A DNA stretch of 64,000 nucleotides from Histomonas meleagridis 2922-C6/04-290x (Eukaryota; Protista; Parabasalia). The position numbers and the translations under genes were made by a program. The stretch lies in contig JAANOX010000245.1 in NCBI GenBank assembly GCA_020184695.1, positions 1-64,000 on the forward strand, read 5' to 3'. Under the pieces are notes generated by a model, which saw nothing but the letters and a program-made list of their open reading frames with translations, had not been told where the DNA came from and did not search any database. This document shows, in pieces, positions 12,607-24,156 of the stretch (its first letter is position 1; every line of letters starts with the position of its first letter).

Positions 12607-13407
12607 ATGGAAAACGATATTAATATTGATGCCTTAGATAATATGATTGATTATTGTTTATATAAAAATAAACCTAAATTAAATGAAGAATTAATAAGTG
12701 AAATTCATCCAGAAGTGAATGTGCTTTATAATTCTTTAAATATAGCAGTAGGTAGACAAAGAAGTGGGAAAACTCAATGTATAATTAGAGAAATTATTAA
12801 AATTAGTAATATTAGTCCTAGAACTCATTTATTAATTTATATTAATAAAAATGGATTAGAAAATGATCCTACATTTGAATCATTAAAACCTTTAATAAAG
12901 ATTACAATTTTATATGTAGCTGAAAATCAAGCTGAAGATATAGTTAAAGATATATTAAAATGGAAACAATTTTATAATGAAATTAAAAATAATCATTGGG
13001 AAAATAAAATAGTAGATAAACAAATATCTGAATTATTTCAAAAATTGTATATTAATAATTTTAATAATTTAACTTTACATACTATAATATTTTTTGAAGA
13101 TTGTGCTAATAGTCCTTTATTTAAAAAACCTACTAATTATTTTAATCAATTATTTACTAAATTAGCTCATATTCAATGTTCTGTATTTTTCGCTGTACAA
13201 TTTTGGAAATCTTTACCTGCTGAAGTTAAAGCTAATGTAAGTACTATATTTATATTTCCTAATTTCTCTAAACAACAATTATTTTATATGTTAGCTCAAA
13301 TACCATTACCTTATACTAAAGATCAAATTTATTCAGTTTATCAAAAATTAACTGGTCATCAAAGAATAATTATTGACGTTAATAATCAAAAAATAAAAAT
13401 TGGATAA
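12607..13407 (+). CDS. A32-like (FtsK/HerA superfamily) virion packaging ATPase of a Maverick/Polinton
   Basis: Walker A GRQRSGKT, Walker B IIFFED, and AVQFWKSLPAEVKANVSTIFIF matching the A32-family motif. Confidence 0.85.
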   Translation: MENDINIDALDNMIDYCLYKNKPKLNEELISEIHPEVNVLYNSLNIAVGRQRSGKTQCIIREIIKISNISPRTHLLIYINKNGLENDPTFESLKPLIKITILYVAENQAEDIVKDILKWKQFYNEIKNNHWENKIVDKQISELFQKLYINNFNNLTLHTIIFFEDCANSPLFKKPTNYFNQLFTKLAHIQCSVFFAVQFWKSLPAEVKANVSTIFIFPNFSKQQLFYMLAQIPLPYTKDQIYSVYQKLTGHQRIIIDVNNQKIKIG

Positions 13408-13750
13408 AAAAATGAAAAATTAAAATTCATTTTTTTTTAATGTTAAAAGGCCAACAGGGTATAGATAATGAAATAGCTACTTATCTCAATGTTCTTGGTA
13501 TTGATAAGAAAACTAAAGAAACATATACTAAACATAGTATATTGATAAATATGAAATTTTATAATCAAAATCTAAAATTATTAAATGCTGTTAACATTAA
13601 ATTTATTAATGAAATATATAATATTAAATCAAATAAGAAATTTGATATGTAAATCTGATACGTAAAAATGATTATAATATTTATATAAATCTATTAATTT
13701 TTATCTAGGATCTTCACTGTTAATACATATATTTTTATACTTATCATAAA

Positions 13751-14581
13751 CATGACATATATTTAGGGATATGTGTAGATAAAGTGGACGCAGAAAGGTT
13801 TCCCAACGATAGAGTCGAATGAAGGGAAAATAATCGAATTCATATTTAAAACCTTCCTACCGTTGGGAAACCTTTATGCAAAAGTGACTATAATTTGTTT
13901 CTTTATAATTTGAGTGGTCACCATCGTTCTTAACTACTTCTTTCAGGTGTTCGGGCATAGAATCTATCAGAGAACTTATTCGAAACTTGTTCATTGGACA
14001 TTCTTCTGTTTTTCTTCTTCTTCTTTATTTTGATGACACTATCGATATATTCCACTCGGTCAGACGTCTTTTTTGTTGGGGATCCAATTTTGCCTTCGAG
14101 CGAAAATAATTTTTCATAATTCCATAAATTTCGATATTTCTTAATTGTTTTATGGTCAACATTTGTTAGACGCTGTATTTCCATATCGCTTAATCCCTGC
14201 ATCACGAATAGAATAACCTTTGTTTTTTTCCATTAGATGTGATGAAAGGTAACATGTCATTTTAAACTTTAAACGTTCACCTCTCTCGTTAAGAAACCTT
14301 TCTGCGACCACTTTAAAAATGAAAAATATTACAAAGCATCAATAGGTGATATAATATAAAGAGAAGTAGAAATTTTACAAGATACTATTGATTTTGCTTC
14401 ACATGGAGATTTTTATTTTAGAGTAAATAATACTGCAGATTATGAAATTGGTGATGTAGTATTATTTGATAATAATAAATTATCAGATGATTTAGTAATA
14501 ACGACTAAAATATTAAATTCAATAGTTGGTAAAGTAACATATAAAATAGATGAACATTTATTAAGTATATTTAAAAAATGA
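13751..14581 (+). pseudogene. Maverick-associated ORF remnant interrupted by the Tc1-like insertion
   Basis: Removing 13782-14313 and one TA restores HDIYLGICVDKNEKYY...*REVEILQDTIDFASHGDFYFRVNNTADYEIGD...VGKVTYKIDEHLLSIFKK. From recall, the FAxHGDFxFRV motif occurs in trichomonad Maverick proteins. Confidence 0.6.
13782..14313 (-). mobile_element. Internally deleted Tc1/IS630-like element (532 bp)
   Basis: 33-bp TIRs AAGTGG(A/T)CGCAGAAAGGTTTC..AACGA.AGAG with 4 mismatches and TA on both sides. ORF 13930-14205 encodes an HTH-like transposase N-terminus and no DDE core. Confidence 0.85.
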
Positions 14582-14614
14582 AAAAAATATTTTATTTCAT
14601 TTTTATTTTTAAAA

Positions 14615-16381
14615 ATGAAAGAACGCGAATCAAAAGATTCTAACATCAATAAATCATCAATAGATGAAGTACGTCGATTAGCTCTATATAATGATGAAGG
14701 ACCTGCTAAAGAGCCTTCTTTTTACGAATTTTTAATGCAAAATTTAATAGTGATTTTTCGTATTCTGAAATTTAATTCATCATTAAATAATTCGTTAAAA
14801 CTAATGGATGACGCAACAAAATCTGTTAGAAATGGGGTTTCAATATCACCAACATATATAATTCAACATAAATCAATGTTAGAATATTATCAAATCATCA
14901 TAAATAGATTTATCATCAATTTTTTAATAAAAACTCAAATTAATACAAAATTAGATTTTGATGAATTTAAGAAATTAATTAATGATATTATTAAAAAATA
15001 TAATATAGATTATATTGATGGTCATATAGGTTCATATACATTAAATGAATATTATAACTATTATAAATCTATTATTTTAAAATATACACCTTTAAGAATA
15101 TTACTTCATAAAATATTTGCAAAAGAAGTAGAAAATGATTTTAAAAATGGGAAACCTAAAACTATACAAGAATTTAATAATTTCTTAATTACAAAATTAA
15201 CTAACTCAAATATAACAGAAAATATTCCATTAGATTATGCTTATTCATTATATCTTTCATATTATTTTTATCATTTTAGATATGTAACTCCAAATGAATT
15301 TTACAATATTTATGAAGATAAACAAAATATTAATACAGGTTTTAAAACTTTAAATAAAAATAAATATTTATTTAAAAAATTAAATATACCTTATAGTATT
15401 GATTATACAAATATAGGTAAAATAAAACCGAATATAAATTATTTTCCTTTCAAATTAAATAAAAAATATCAATTAAAATATATTGGTGGTAATGGTGAAT
15501 ATCAAATGGATTTATTTTTTTCACATAGTGACGAATTTGATTATGATTATTGTTATTTATTAGCTGTAGAAGTACAAACTAGATATTTATTTGGTACTTT
15601 TACTAATATTAAAATGAACGATAAACATTATAAAAAATCAATCGAAAGTGTAGCTAAAGCTTTATTTGAACTTTATGGTACAGGTTTATTTAATCCTAAA
15701 ATTATTCATTGTGATTCAGAAACAACATTTTTATCAAAACCTTTACAATATATTTCAAATTATTTAATTGGTACTAAAATAATTCTTTTTAAAAAAATAA
15801 TAATTAAAAATGAATCTTATCCTATACATTCATCTTTAGCTATAATTAATAGAATTTGTAGAACTATTAGAGATATGGCTGATAATATGGGTTTAGAGTG
15901 TATTGAACCTCATGATATGAATAAAATTATACATAATTATAATTATACTTATCATAAAACATTATCTAAATTAAATCATAAAAAAATATCACCATATGAA
16001 GCTAAAATAAAACAAAAATCTTTTGGTTTATCTTTACATAAATTAAATTATAATATTATGAAACAAAAAGGATTTTATTTACCTCCTGGTACAACAGTAA
16101 CAGTTTATAACACAGATCAATTGAAAAAAAGATCAAAAATATTACCAGATATTTATATTGTAGATAATTTTGAAGAAGGTAAATTTAATATTCATAATGA
16201 TACAGGAATAAAAATGTCAGTACCGGAATATTTATCGAATCCAGTCCCAAATACAATTATTATACCTTCAAGAGATAGAAAAATAAATGATGTTTTATTA
16301 TCTTTATTTGATGACATATTTTGTTATATTGTTTGGGTTCTGTTTTGTTCAGATTTTTTGTTGTTAATTTCGAAATTTTAA
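14615..16381 (+). CDS. Maverick/Polinton retroviral-type integrase; C-terminal tail probably read-through into unrelated DNA
   Basis: YQMDL...YLLAVEVQTRYLF (first D), IHCDSE (second D), HSSLAIINRICRTIRD helix, HNYNYTYHKTL...ISPYE motif. Confidence 0.8.
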   Translation: MKERESKDSNINKSSIDEVRRLALYNDEGPAKEPSFYEFLMQNLIVIFRILKFNSSLNNSLKLMDDATKSVRNGVSISPTYIIQHKSMLEYYQIIINRFIINFLIKTQINTKLDFDEFKKLINDIIKKYNIDYIDGHIGSYTLNEYYNYYKSIILKYTPLRILLHKIFAKEVENDFKNGKPKTIQEFNNFLITKLTNSNITENIPLDYAYSLYLSYYFYHFRYVTPNEFYNIYEDKQNINTGFKTLNKNKYLFKKLNIPYSIDYTNIGKIKPNINYFPFKLNKKYQLKYIGGNGEYQMDLFFSHSDEFDYDYCYLLAVEVQTRYLFGTFTNIKMNDKHYKKSIESVAKALFELYGTGLFNPKIIHCDSETTFLSKPLQYISNYLIGTKIILFKKIIIKNESYPIHSSLAIINRICRTIRDMADNMGLECIEPHDMNKIIHNYNYTYHKTLSKLNHKKISPYEAKIKQKSFGLSLHKLNYNIMKQKGFYLPPGTTVTVYNTDQLKKRSKILPDIYIVDNFEEGKFNIHNDTGIKMSVPEYLSNPVPNTIIIPSRDRKINDVLLSLFDDIFCYIVWVLFCSDFLLLISKF

Positions 16382-17103
16382 AAATTTATTTGTTTATTTG
16401 TTTAAATATTTTATAGTTTTCCCTTCATAATAATCTACGCTCTTATATCTCTTATTTCAGATTCATTAAGTACAATTACTTTTATTATATTTCGAGTTAC
16501 TATTATTTCTTATGCATAATATAAAGGATTTTTTTTTAAATTAGGTATCATACTAATTTATATAATTATATAAAATTTATACATTTTGTTTATTGATAGA
16601 TCAAGATAACTTAGAATATTTGAAAAAATTTCATTATTCAAATTATAATGAAGAGAGACTAAATTAAGGTAGAAGTCATAATTTATTATAATAAACAAAT
16701 TAATATAATATTCATATTTAAAAATCATATTTACTCACATTTATTAATTTAATTCATGCTATGTTATATTTGTTAATGAGCATGTATATTAAGTGTTTTA
16801 AATGTTATCCTATGTTAACTTTTTTTCCGGTTCTTTATGTTATCTCAACTTTATTCATTTTTATTCTATATTTGATGATGCTATTTCATGCTTATCAAAA
16901 AATTAATATATTCCATTCTTTTTTTATCTTGTTAAATTAAGTTTATTTATGCTTATTCATTTTAAATATGTGTTTTCTCCTTGCATGTGGTATGAGTGTT
17001 AAATGTGTTTATGTGCCGGATGATATATTAAAGAGAATAGCTAGGAGATTTGCATAATACTTATTATATGATATTTATATTTAAATAATCTCGAAATAAT
17101 ATA

Positions 17104-18401
17104 TAGGGTGTCCAACCCTAAGTGTAGCATCTCCATATGTGAGCATATTTAATTATTAATAAATATATATAAATAATATATGAATATAACATTTTATTTT
17201 TTATAAATATGAAGTTTCATAAAAAATTAGATATAATGAGATATTTGAACTTTTTTGATAGAAAATTGGAAAAAATATACGTTTAAAATTATCAAAAAGT
17301 TCAAAATGGAACTCGATCAGAAATCAATTGCGATTTTCTAACACTTACAAGGGAAAAATAAAAAATCAATATATACAGAAATGAAATTGACTCTTCAAGA
17401 TCAATGTATTTCATATTCAACAATTACAAAATATATTAGAAATTGCAAAACATCAAAAACCGTTAACAAGGAAATCCCAAATGCAAATTTCGATGAACAC
17501 AAAATCATTAATGAAAAAATTTTGTATGTACTTGATGAAGAGCCATTTGCATCTGTTCGTTATATAGCTAACACTACGGGGATTCCAAAAAGTACGGTAT
17601 ATTATCATTTAACAAATATGCTTTTTTATGTAAGCATGCATCCAAAGTGGGTTCCCCACAGTCTCTCAGAAAAACAAAAAATTCAAAGCGTAACAATCTC
17701 AAAAAACCTTATTAAGATTCTGAATTCAGCCAAACATAACAATTATATATATTTCGTTACAGGAGACGAATCTTGGTTTGAATATTCATATTATCCTTCT
17801 CAACAATGGATACCCATCGGAAGTCAGCCTCAAACACGTCCAAATAAGGTTTTAAACAGATATTATGCTGACAACTTTTTTTGGAATCCAAGCGGAATAA
17901 AGGTTATTAACTTTCTTCCAAAAGGCGAAACATTTAATTCGAAGTATTATGCAAATAATATTATTAAGGAACTTTCAAAATTAAATGGGGGATATTTAGA
18001 TAATGAAGGAAGAAGATTAACCGTCCATGCCGATAATGCACGTTCTCACATATCGAAGCACACAACTAATATAATGAATATTAAATATCTTAAAAGAGCA
18101 CCTCATCCTCCTTATTCACCAGATATAGCACCACCAGACTTCTTCCTATTTGGCTATATCAAAAATAAAATGGAAGGTCAATCATACGAATCAAGAAAGG
18201 AGGTAAAAAAATGTATAACTGATATTTTACAACAAATACCAACCGATATGTTAAAACGGGTTTTTGAAGAATGGGAAAGGAGATTGGAACAAGTAATACA
18301 TACCAAAGGAGAGTATATCAAGTAAACATTCTAATCATTATTTTAGTTCATTTAAATTTTATTTGTATAATGAGATGCTACACTTGGGGTTGGACACCCT
18401 A
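17104..18401 (+). mobile_element. Mariner DNA transposon, full length
   Basis: 30-bp TIR TAGGGTGTCCAACCC(T/C)AAGTGTAGCATCTC with 1 mismatch, flanked by TA on both sides. Confidence 0.92.
17306..18325 (+). pseudogene. DD34D mariner transposase with one premature stop
   Basis: ATG at 17306, in-frame TAA at 17339-17341, then the 314-aa ORF with WVPHSL, TGDESW, HADNARSH and YSPDIAPPDF (34 residues between the last two Asp). Confidence 0.9.
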
Positions 18402-19818
18402 TATTATTTCTAAAATAAAATTTTAGTATTACCAAAATTGTTTGTAAAAACTAATCTTTTGCGTTTATGGAATTGTAAATTAAGTATCATAGATATTCGT
18501 TAACATGTTAACATTATTATATATGATTAAAGGAATAAAATAAGCTATTAAAATTATTCATTAATAAATCTTGTTTTTATGAACACAGCCATAATTGGCT
18601 ATTATAAATGTTGAAATACCTAATTCTCTTTATTACAATAGAATAACTTATTTAATAGAATATTATCACATGAAATTATAATCCCAAAATCAGCGATTTC
18701 AATTTCTCCAAAATATTTTATCTCATATTGTATCATGTTCATATATGTTAAAACCATGCGATTTTTCGTGTTGTATTACATTCGAATAATAGTAAGGAAT
18801 TCTAAATATTCTTTTTATTCACAATAAAATAAGAAGAACACTTAGTATTGAATAAACTTTATACAGTCTTGAATCGACAACTATTTTAAATGGATTCAAA
18901 TAATAATGTTTTTTCATTTGTTTTATAATATCTTGTAGTTAATTCACTCATGATTCTTCATGTTCACTTATGTTAATCCAAATTCATTTGTGTTTGTATA
19001 GACCTACTCATGTTCTTTAATGAATTTTATAGTTAATTCATGTTTATTTATTATAATTTATGTTGTTTATTATATTCCAAAATCAATTTACAAAATTTTA
19101 TGATTTTAAAATGAATAGAACTCGATATTAACTGAATATAAATCAAAATTAATGATAAATTTAAATATATCATATAATTTTTGAAAATGTGAACAAGATA
19201 TTTTCCAACTATTTAATTTAGAGTGAAATTGATTATCTATCATAAAAAAATTAAAATATTTTAATATTTAACAAAAAGAATTAATTATTATACATATTTT
19301 TTGGTTTACAAATTAAAATTATGAATGTGTACTGATTTATCAACAAAGCAATATTTTTTTGGTGGCGACCGTTTGGAGTAAATATCTATTCGGTGACATT
19401 TTATGAATTTTTAGAAATTTTTATGTCAAAAAATGTAAAACATGGAAATCAAATTTGAGAAGGAATATTTTCTCACAAAAATATTTGAATGGTAATTTTT
19501 CAATGCTATTCAATCATTATGCGCATAATTGAGAGACATTTCCACTTTTTGTATACAAGGTATTCAAATTCTTTTTTATGCTTAGAGAGTACCTCGTCAT
19601 TTTTCGAAGATAATTATATAATCATGAAGTGTGTACAAATTATAATTTTTTATATCTAGAATTTGATTAAAAATATTTATTACATAGTGCAAAAAACGCG
19701 AATTTTTAGTGTCATAAAATCCCCCATTCAATTGCATTCAATATTACTGTATTTTGTACGTTAAACCCTCAGAAATCATCACCTCTCAAAAAAATTACGG
19801 ATTTGGGCGAGACAAGGG

Positions 19819-20118
19819 TATAATAATTGTTTCTTTTAATTCATTTGGATTAATTCAATGTATAATTTATGCAATGTCGATAACTTGCTATTTAATAATA
19901 TCTGTTTCAGCATCTTTGCCAAATTTTATTATTGATCAAAAAACATAGCGAAAATTGTGAATTATTCAAAATGAAATTGAATTAAAATATTTCTTCAGAA
20001 AACGAATTGAGAGCCAATTTCTAAATGCAAATTACGCCTCATTCAAATTCTCCATAATTATTGAATGGCCCCCACTTTTTGAATACTACCCATTCAAATT
20101 TCCCACGGTTGTGGGACA
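19819..20118 (+). repeat. Uninterrupted copy of the dispersed repeat at 9644-11212
   Basis: Colinear alignment by eye, ending at GTTGTGGGACA versus GATTGTAGGACA. Confidence 0.85.
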
Positions 20119-20401
20119 TTACTCAGATAGTTTTCGTGCATGGACTAGATTTGAGGATTATATAATATTGGGGATGCAAAAGAGTGTGGGGAATCGTTGG
20201 ACATTGATTGGTCAACAAATCGGGAGAAACAAGAATCAAGTCAAGAATCGATATCATACACTTATAATGAGGTAAAATAATGAAACACTGCGGTCAATCA
20301 CCCCACTTACTAGCATTGAAAGCTTGCCATTCTGTGCTAACACACCATCTGCATTTGAAATTGACAACTTGATTTTCACAGACTACTCAGTGATAAATTG
20401 A
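20111..20401 (+). pseudogene. Myb/SANT-domain gene fragment (not in the ORF track)
   Basis: From 20141: WTRFEDYIILGMQKSVGNRWTLIGQQIGRNKNQVKNRYHTLIMR, a Myb repeat. TAA at 20273-20275, then the frame continues to TGA 20399-20401. No start codon. Confidence 0.8.
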
Positions 20402-20665
20402 ATAGTTTACGGTTTTTTTAATTACGGTAAAAACGATAATGTTTATAAAAGCTCAAAAACTGTCGTTTTGAATTCAATTCGCTTCTGAGTTTTGATTTCC
20501 AGTTTATTTTACAGATTCATTTGAATGTATCAATACAACAATTGTTGTTAACTTTTTTAGTAATAAAATTTGATTTTATCACTCTATCAATTTAACAGTT
20601 TTCATTTTCATTTTAATTTCAACACAATTTAGATATTTATTCGTATAAAAACTTTTACTAATAAT

Positions 20666-23569
20666 TTATCTAATTTGATTAATTTCAGCTTCCAAACAAA
20701 TTAATTGCTGAGCCAAACACACTATATCAGGGCCCATACTATTAATTATTGGTGTTGGTACGTAATAATTTTCTTCTCTATTCAACAACTCATTATTTAA
20801 CATTTGCAAATTATCATTGCCAATTCTATTCAACAAAACATTTCTAATTGCTTCAGCTCTTTTATATAGGGAATCATTATCTGAAGCAATTGGCAAGTTT
20901 ATTTCCATATCATTCATTTTGAATGTTTGGAAATCCTTTTTTTCATTATTTTCTTCTTTCACATTTTCCATTGGATCAATGTCGAGTGCTTCTTTTATAG
21001 AAATCGCAAGTTTTCGAAGGTTATCGGAATTTTTATCTTCGTTTAAATCGAAGAAATCTTCCGAATCGACAATTTCCATTTCATTAACTTTATCATTTGG
21101 GTTTTGTTTTGCCCATTTTGGCTTTTTAGTATTTAATTGTTCGAAATTTATTTGTTTTTTCGTTTCTTCAGTATAATTTTCTTTGTTTCTTTCCTTTATA
21201 TTGAACCCTTTCTTCTTAGGCGGCGGTAACTCGTACATGTTTTGGAGCTCAGGACTTGGCTCATAAAACAATCGGCCGCGTTTTTGATATTGTTTATATA
21301 AGTTTCGTTGGTTTTTATATATTTTATTACGTTCTTCTTCGGATATTTCATTCCGTGTGATTCGATCATCTTTAATTTCATATTCATATTCGGGATCAGA
21401 TATTGCGCGTTGGAATTCACTTTGTTGATTAAGATATTGTCCACGATTTCGATTCTCTTTCATCGCATTTCGTTGTTCCCGATAAATTCTATTACGTTCT
21501 TCTTCAGTGATTTCATTTATTTCTTTATTATTTTTGTTTTTGTTATTTTTATTTTTATTATTATTATTGCAATATTGTTCATATCGTAATTTGTTCATTT
21601 TCGCTGCTTCTTTTTGTTCCAAATATATTTTTCGTCGTTCTTCGTTCGATATTTCGACATTTCTTCGTGGACTATTTTTAGGTTTAACTTCAAAGCGTCC
21701 ACTTGATTGCGCTTGCATATTGTTATTATTATTGTTATTATGATTAATATTCTTCTTAAGGTTTAAATTGGGAATTCCATTGTAATTATTGTCGACAAAG
21801 TCGGGATGACTTTTACGTTCATTATAAAGTTTCTCTTGTTTGCGATGCGCTGCAACTGCATTTTGTGGCTTCGGTTGCTCTTGCTTAACGCCGAAGATTC
21901 CTTGTGGATGTTGAAGCTCTGCTAATTCTCGTCGACGTTTTTCTTCTTTTTGCTTGTGTTGTTCTTCGCGCTGTTTTTGTTGGCGGCGTAAGTTCTCGCG
22001 ACGTTTCGTCTTCTCCTCTTCAATTTGGCGATAGCGCTCTGCGGCCATTTCTTCCTTCTCGCGATTACGCGCATTAAGATCATTACGAAGGTCCTCTTCT
22101 TGCTGCTTCTTGATTTGTTGTGCTTTGTGTTCTTCTTCTTTACGCTTTTGCTGTTTTAATTCTTCTTCTTTAAGTTGCTTTTGCCTTAATTCTTCTTCTT
22201 GTTGCTTCTTAAGTTGTTTCTGTTTTAACTCTTCTTCTTTACGCTTTTGTTGCTTTAACTCTTCTTCTTTAAGTTGCTTTTGTCTTAGTTCTTCTTCTTT
22301 GCGTTTTTGCTGTTTTAATTCTTCTTCTTTAAGTTGCTTTTGTTTTAATTCTTCCTCTTGCTGCTTCTTATGTTGCTCTTCTTCACGTTTTCGTTTTATG
22401 TTTTCACGTTCGATTACATAACGCTTAAGTTCTTCGATTTCTTTTTTTCTTTTGCTTTCTTTTTCTTTACATTTCTGTTCTTCACTGTCAAGTTTTTTTC
22501 GATTAATTTCTTGTTGGTTTTTGTTGACTTCGACTTTTTTCTTTTGTTCTACTTGGATTTTTTGTTTTTGTGGATCTTCTCGATTTCTCGGATATCTTGG
22601 ATCAACATTTTTTGGTTGGTTTCTAGGCGATTCGCTTTTTTTACTACTTGGAGCAATCTTTGTTTCCTTGTTATTTTTCTCTGGCTTCGAAAGAACAATT
22701 GTTGGCTCGCTTAACGGTTTCCTGCCATGTAGAATTGTGTGATTCATTTCGTACTCAAGAAGCGTTTTATCAAGTAATGTATGAAGTCTTGGCTTTATGA
22801 AAGGCAAGGAAAGAATTTGGTTGATCGTAGGTCGCTTGGATGGATTCTTAGTAAGCATTTTTGATACAAGATCACGTAAATCCTGGCTATACTTGGTAGA
22901 AATAGGGGTATATTTACCACAAATAATGTTCATAAGGAGGCCTTTGAGGCTACTACCTTCAAAAGCATGTTGAAGAGTACATAGCTCATATAGAATACAT
23001 CCAAGAGACCAAATGTCTGTCTTGGAATTGTACTCTTTCCCTTCGCAAATCTCAGGTGATAAATAATATGGAGTTCCTATTTGTGTTTTACAAAATTGAA
23101 ATGTATTTTCAAGAACTTTAGCAATTCCAAAATCACCAAGTTTAATGTTTCCTTCTTTTGTTAAAAAAATGTTTTGCGTTTTTAGATCACGATGTAGAAT
23201 TTTCCTGTCATGAATATATTTGATTGCTAATGATATTTGAATAAAATCATGAAGAATCTCTTCTTCTGGAATTAAGGTTTTCCTTTGTCGTTGAATCTTT
23301 TGAGATAAATCACCTCCATCTGCATACTCCATAACAATATAAAAACATCCTTTTTCTTGAAAGCTTGCCTTATATTCCACTATATTAGGGTGCTTCAGGG
23401 AACTTAAAACTTTGGCCTCTTTTAAGGCTTCTTCTCGATCTTTTTGAGATAATGAAGAAAATTGGATTTCTTTAATTACACACTTTTCTTTGGTTAAAAT
23501 ATTTTGAGCAAGAATTGCTTTACCATATCCTCCTTCCCCAAGCACCTTAATTTGGTTGTAATGCTTCAT
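20666..23569 (-). CDS. NIMA-related kinase (NEK1-like) with coiled-coil tail and tandem KQKQLKEEEL repeats
   Basis: GEGGYG, VIKEI, HRDLKTQNIFL, DFG, GTPYYLSPE; typical NEK1/3/5 N-terminal kinase. Confidence 0.93.
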   Translation of the reverse strand: MKHYNQIKVLGEGGYGKAILAQNILTKEKCVIKEIQFSSLSQKDREEALKEAKVLSSLKHPNIVEYKASFQEKGCFYIVMEYADGGDLSQKIQRQRKTLIPEEEILHDFIQISLAIKYIHDRKILHRDLKTQNIFLTKEGNIKLGDFGIAKVLENTFQFCKTQIGTPYYLSPEICEGKEYNSKTDIWSLGCILYELCTLQHAFEGSSLKGLLMNIICGKYTPISTKYSQDLRDLVSKMLTKNPSKRPTINQILSLPFIKPRLHTLLDKTLLEYEMNHTILHGRKPLSEPTIVLSKPEKNNKETKIAPSSKKSESPRNQPKNVDPRYPRNREDPQKQKIQVEQKKKVEVNKNQQEINRKKLDSEEQKCKEKESKRKKEIEELKRYVIERENIKRKREEEQHKKQQEEELKQKQLKEEELKQQKRKEEELRQKQLKEEELKQQKRKEEELKQKQLKKQQEEELRQKQLKEEELKQQKRKEEEHKAQQIKKQQEEDLRNDLNARNREKEEMAAERYRQIEEEKTKRRENLRRQQKQREEQHKQKEEKRRRELAELQHPQGIFGVKQEQPKPQNAVAAHRKQEKLYNERKSHPDFVDNNYNGIPNLNLKKNINHNNNNNNNMQAQSSGRFEVKPKNSPRRNVEISNEERRKIYLEQKEAAKMNKLRYEQYCNNNNKNKNNKNKNNKEINEITEEERNRIYREQRNAMKENRNRGQYLNQQSEFQRAISDPEYEYEIKDDRITRNEISEEERNKIYKNQRNLYKQYQKRGRLFYEPSPELQNMYELPPPKKKGFNIKERNKENYTEETKKQINFEQLNTKKPKWAKQNPNDKVNEMEIVDSEDFFDLNEDKNSDNLRKLAISIKEALDIDPMENVKEENNEKKDFQTFKMNDMEINLPIASDNDSLYKRAEAIRNVLLNRIGNDNLQMLNNELLNREENYYVPTPIINSMGPDIVCLAQQLICLEAEINQIR

Positions 23570-23650
23570 TTTGAGGCCCTCCGAAAAAATACGTTAAATT
23601 TTCATCAATAACGATCAAAATATATTCAAAAATAAGTTGGAATAAAGTAT

Positions 23651-23890
23651 ATGTGCGATCATAACTATGCTCTTTGGAGATGGAATCCTTTGGTTGCAAC
23701 AGTTGAAAATAAATGGCTGAAAGAAGTTCTCGGATCTGTGGAAATTAAGGATCCAACAATGCCTGATGCGGATTTCGCAAGAGAAAATTCACTTAATACC
23801 CCTGATATATTAAAAGAAATGGAAGCTATTGCCTCAGGGGAAATTATGGCTCAAGACTGGATAGAGCCTGTTCCAATTGATATTCCATAA
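23651..23890 (+). CDS. Hypothetical 79-aa protein
   Basis: Clean, comparatively GC-rich ORF divergent from the NEK gene across ~80 bp. Confidence 0.55.
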   Translation: MCDHNYALWRWNPLVATVENKWLKEVLGSVEIKDPTMPDADFARENSLNTPDILKEMEAIASGEIMAQDWIEPVPIDIP

Positions 23891-24156
23891 ATGTTTTTTT
23901 ATGTTTTATTAATTTATCAAAAAAAATTCACATTCTCAATATAAACTTATTGTTTTCAAGTGTATATAAGTTGGAGTACATTTGGGATTTTAAGAAAACT
24001 AGTAAATTTTAAAATTTCATATGAAATCGAATTTTGATCCTTATCAGTTCTTCATATTAAGGTTTGGCACGCAGAAATAAATTGGAGATCATAGTCTATT
24101 TATAAATTATTATTCGATTGGTTCATAATAATGGGATTTGGGGATATTGCACTTTT

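Larger units (their letters stand above)
12200..16260 (+). mobile_element. Maverick/Polinton remnant (ATPase, conserved ORF, integrase); boundaries approximate
   Basis: A packaging ATPase and a retroviral-type integrase are co-oriented in very AT-rich DNA. No pPolB, capsid or TIR was seen. Confidence 0.75.

Noticed and set aside
18424-18432. Canonical CRESS nonanucleotide TAGTATTAC
   Set aside because: It lies just outside a mariner, 15 kb from Rep, in AT-rich DNA with only a weak A/T stem; expected by chance.
18600-18720. Possible kinase remnant (minus strand EIADFG)
   Set aside because: A single short motif among stops; too degraded to support.
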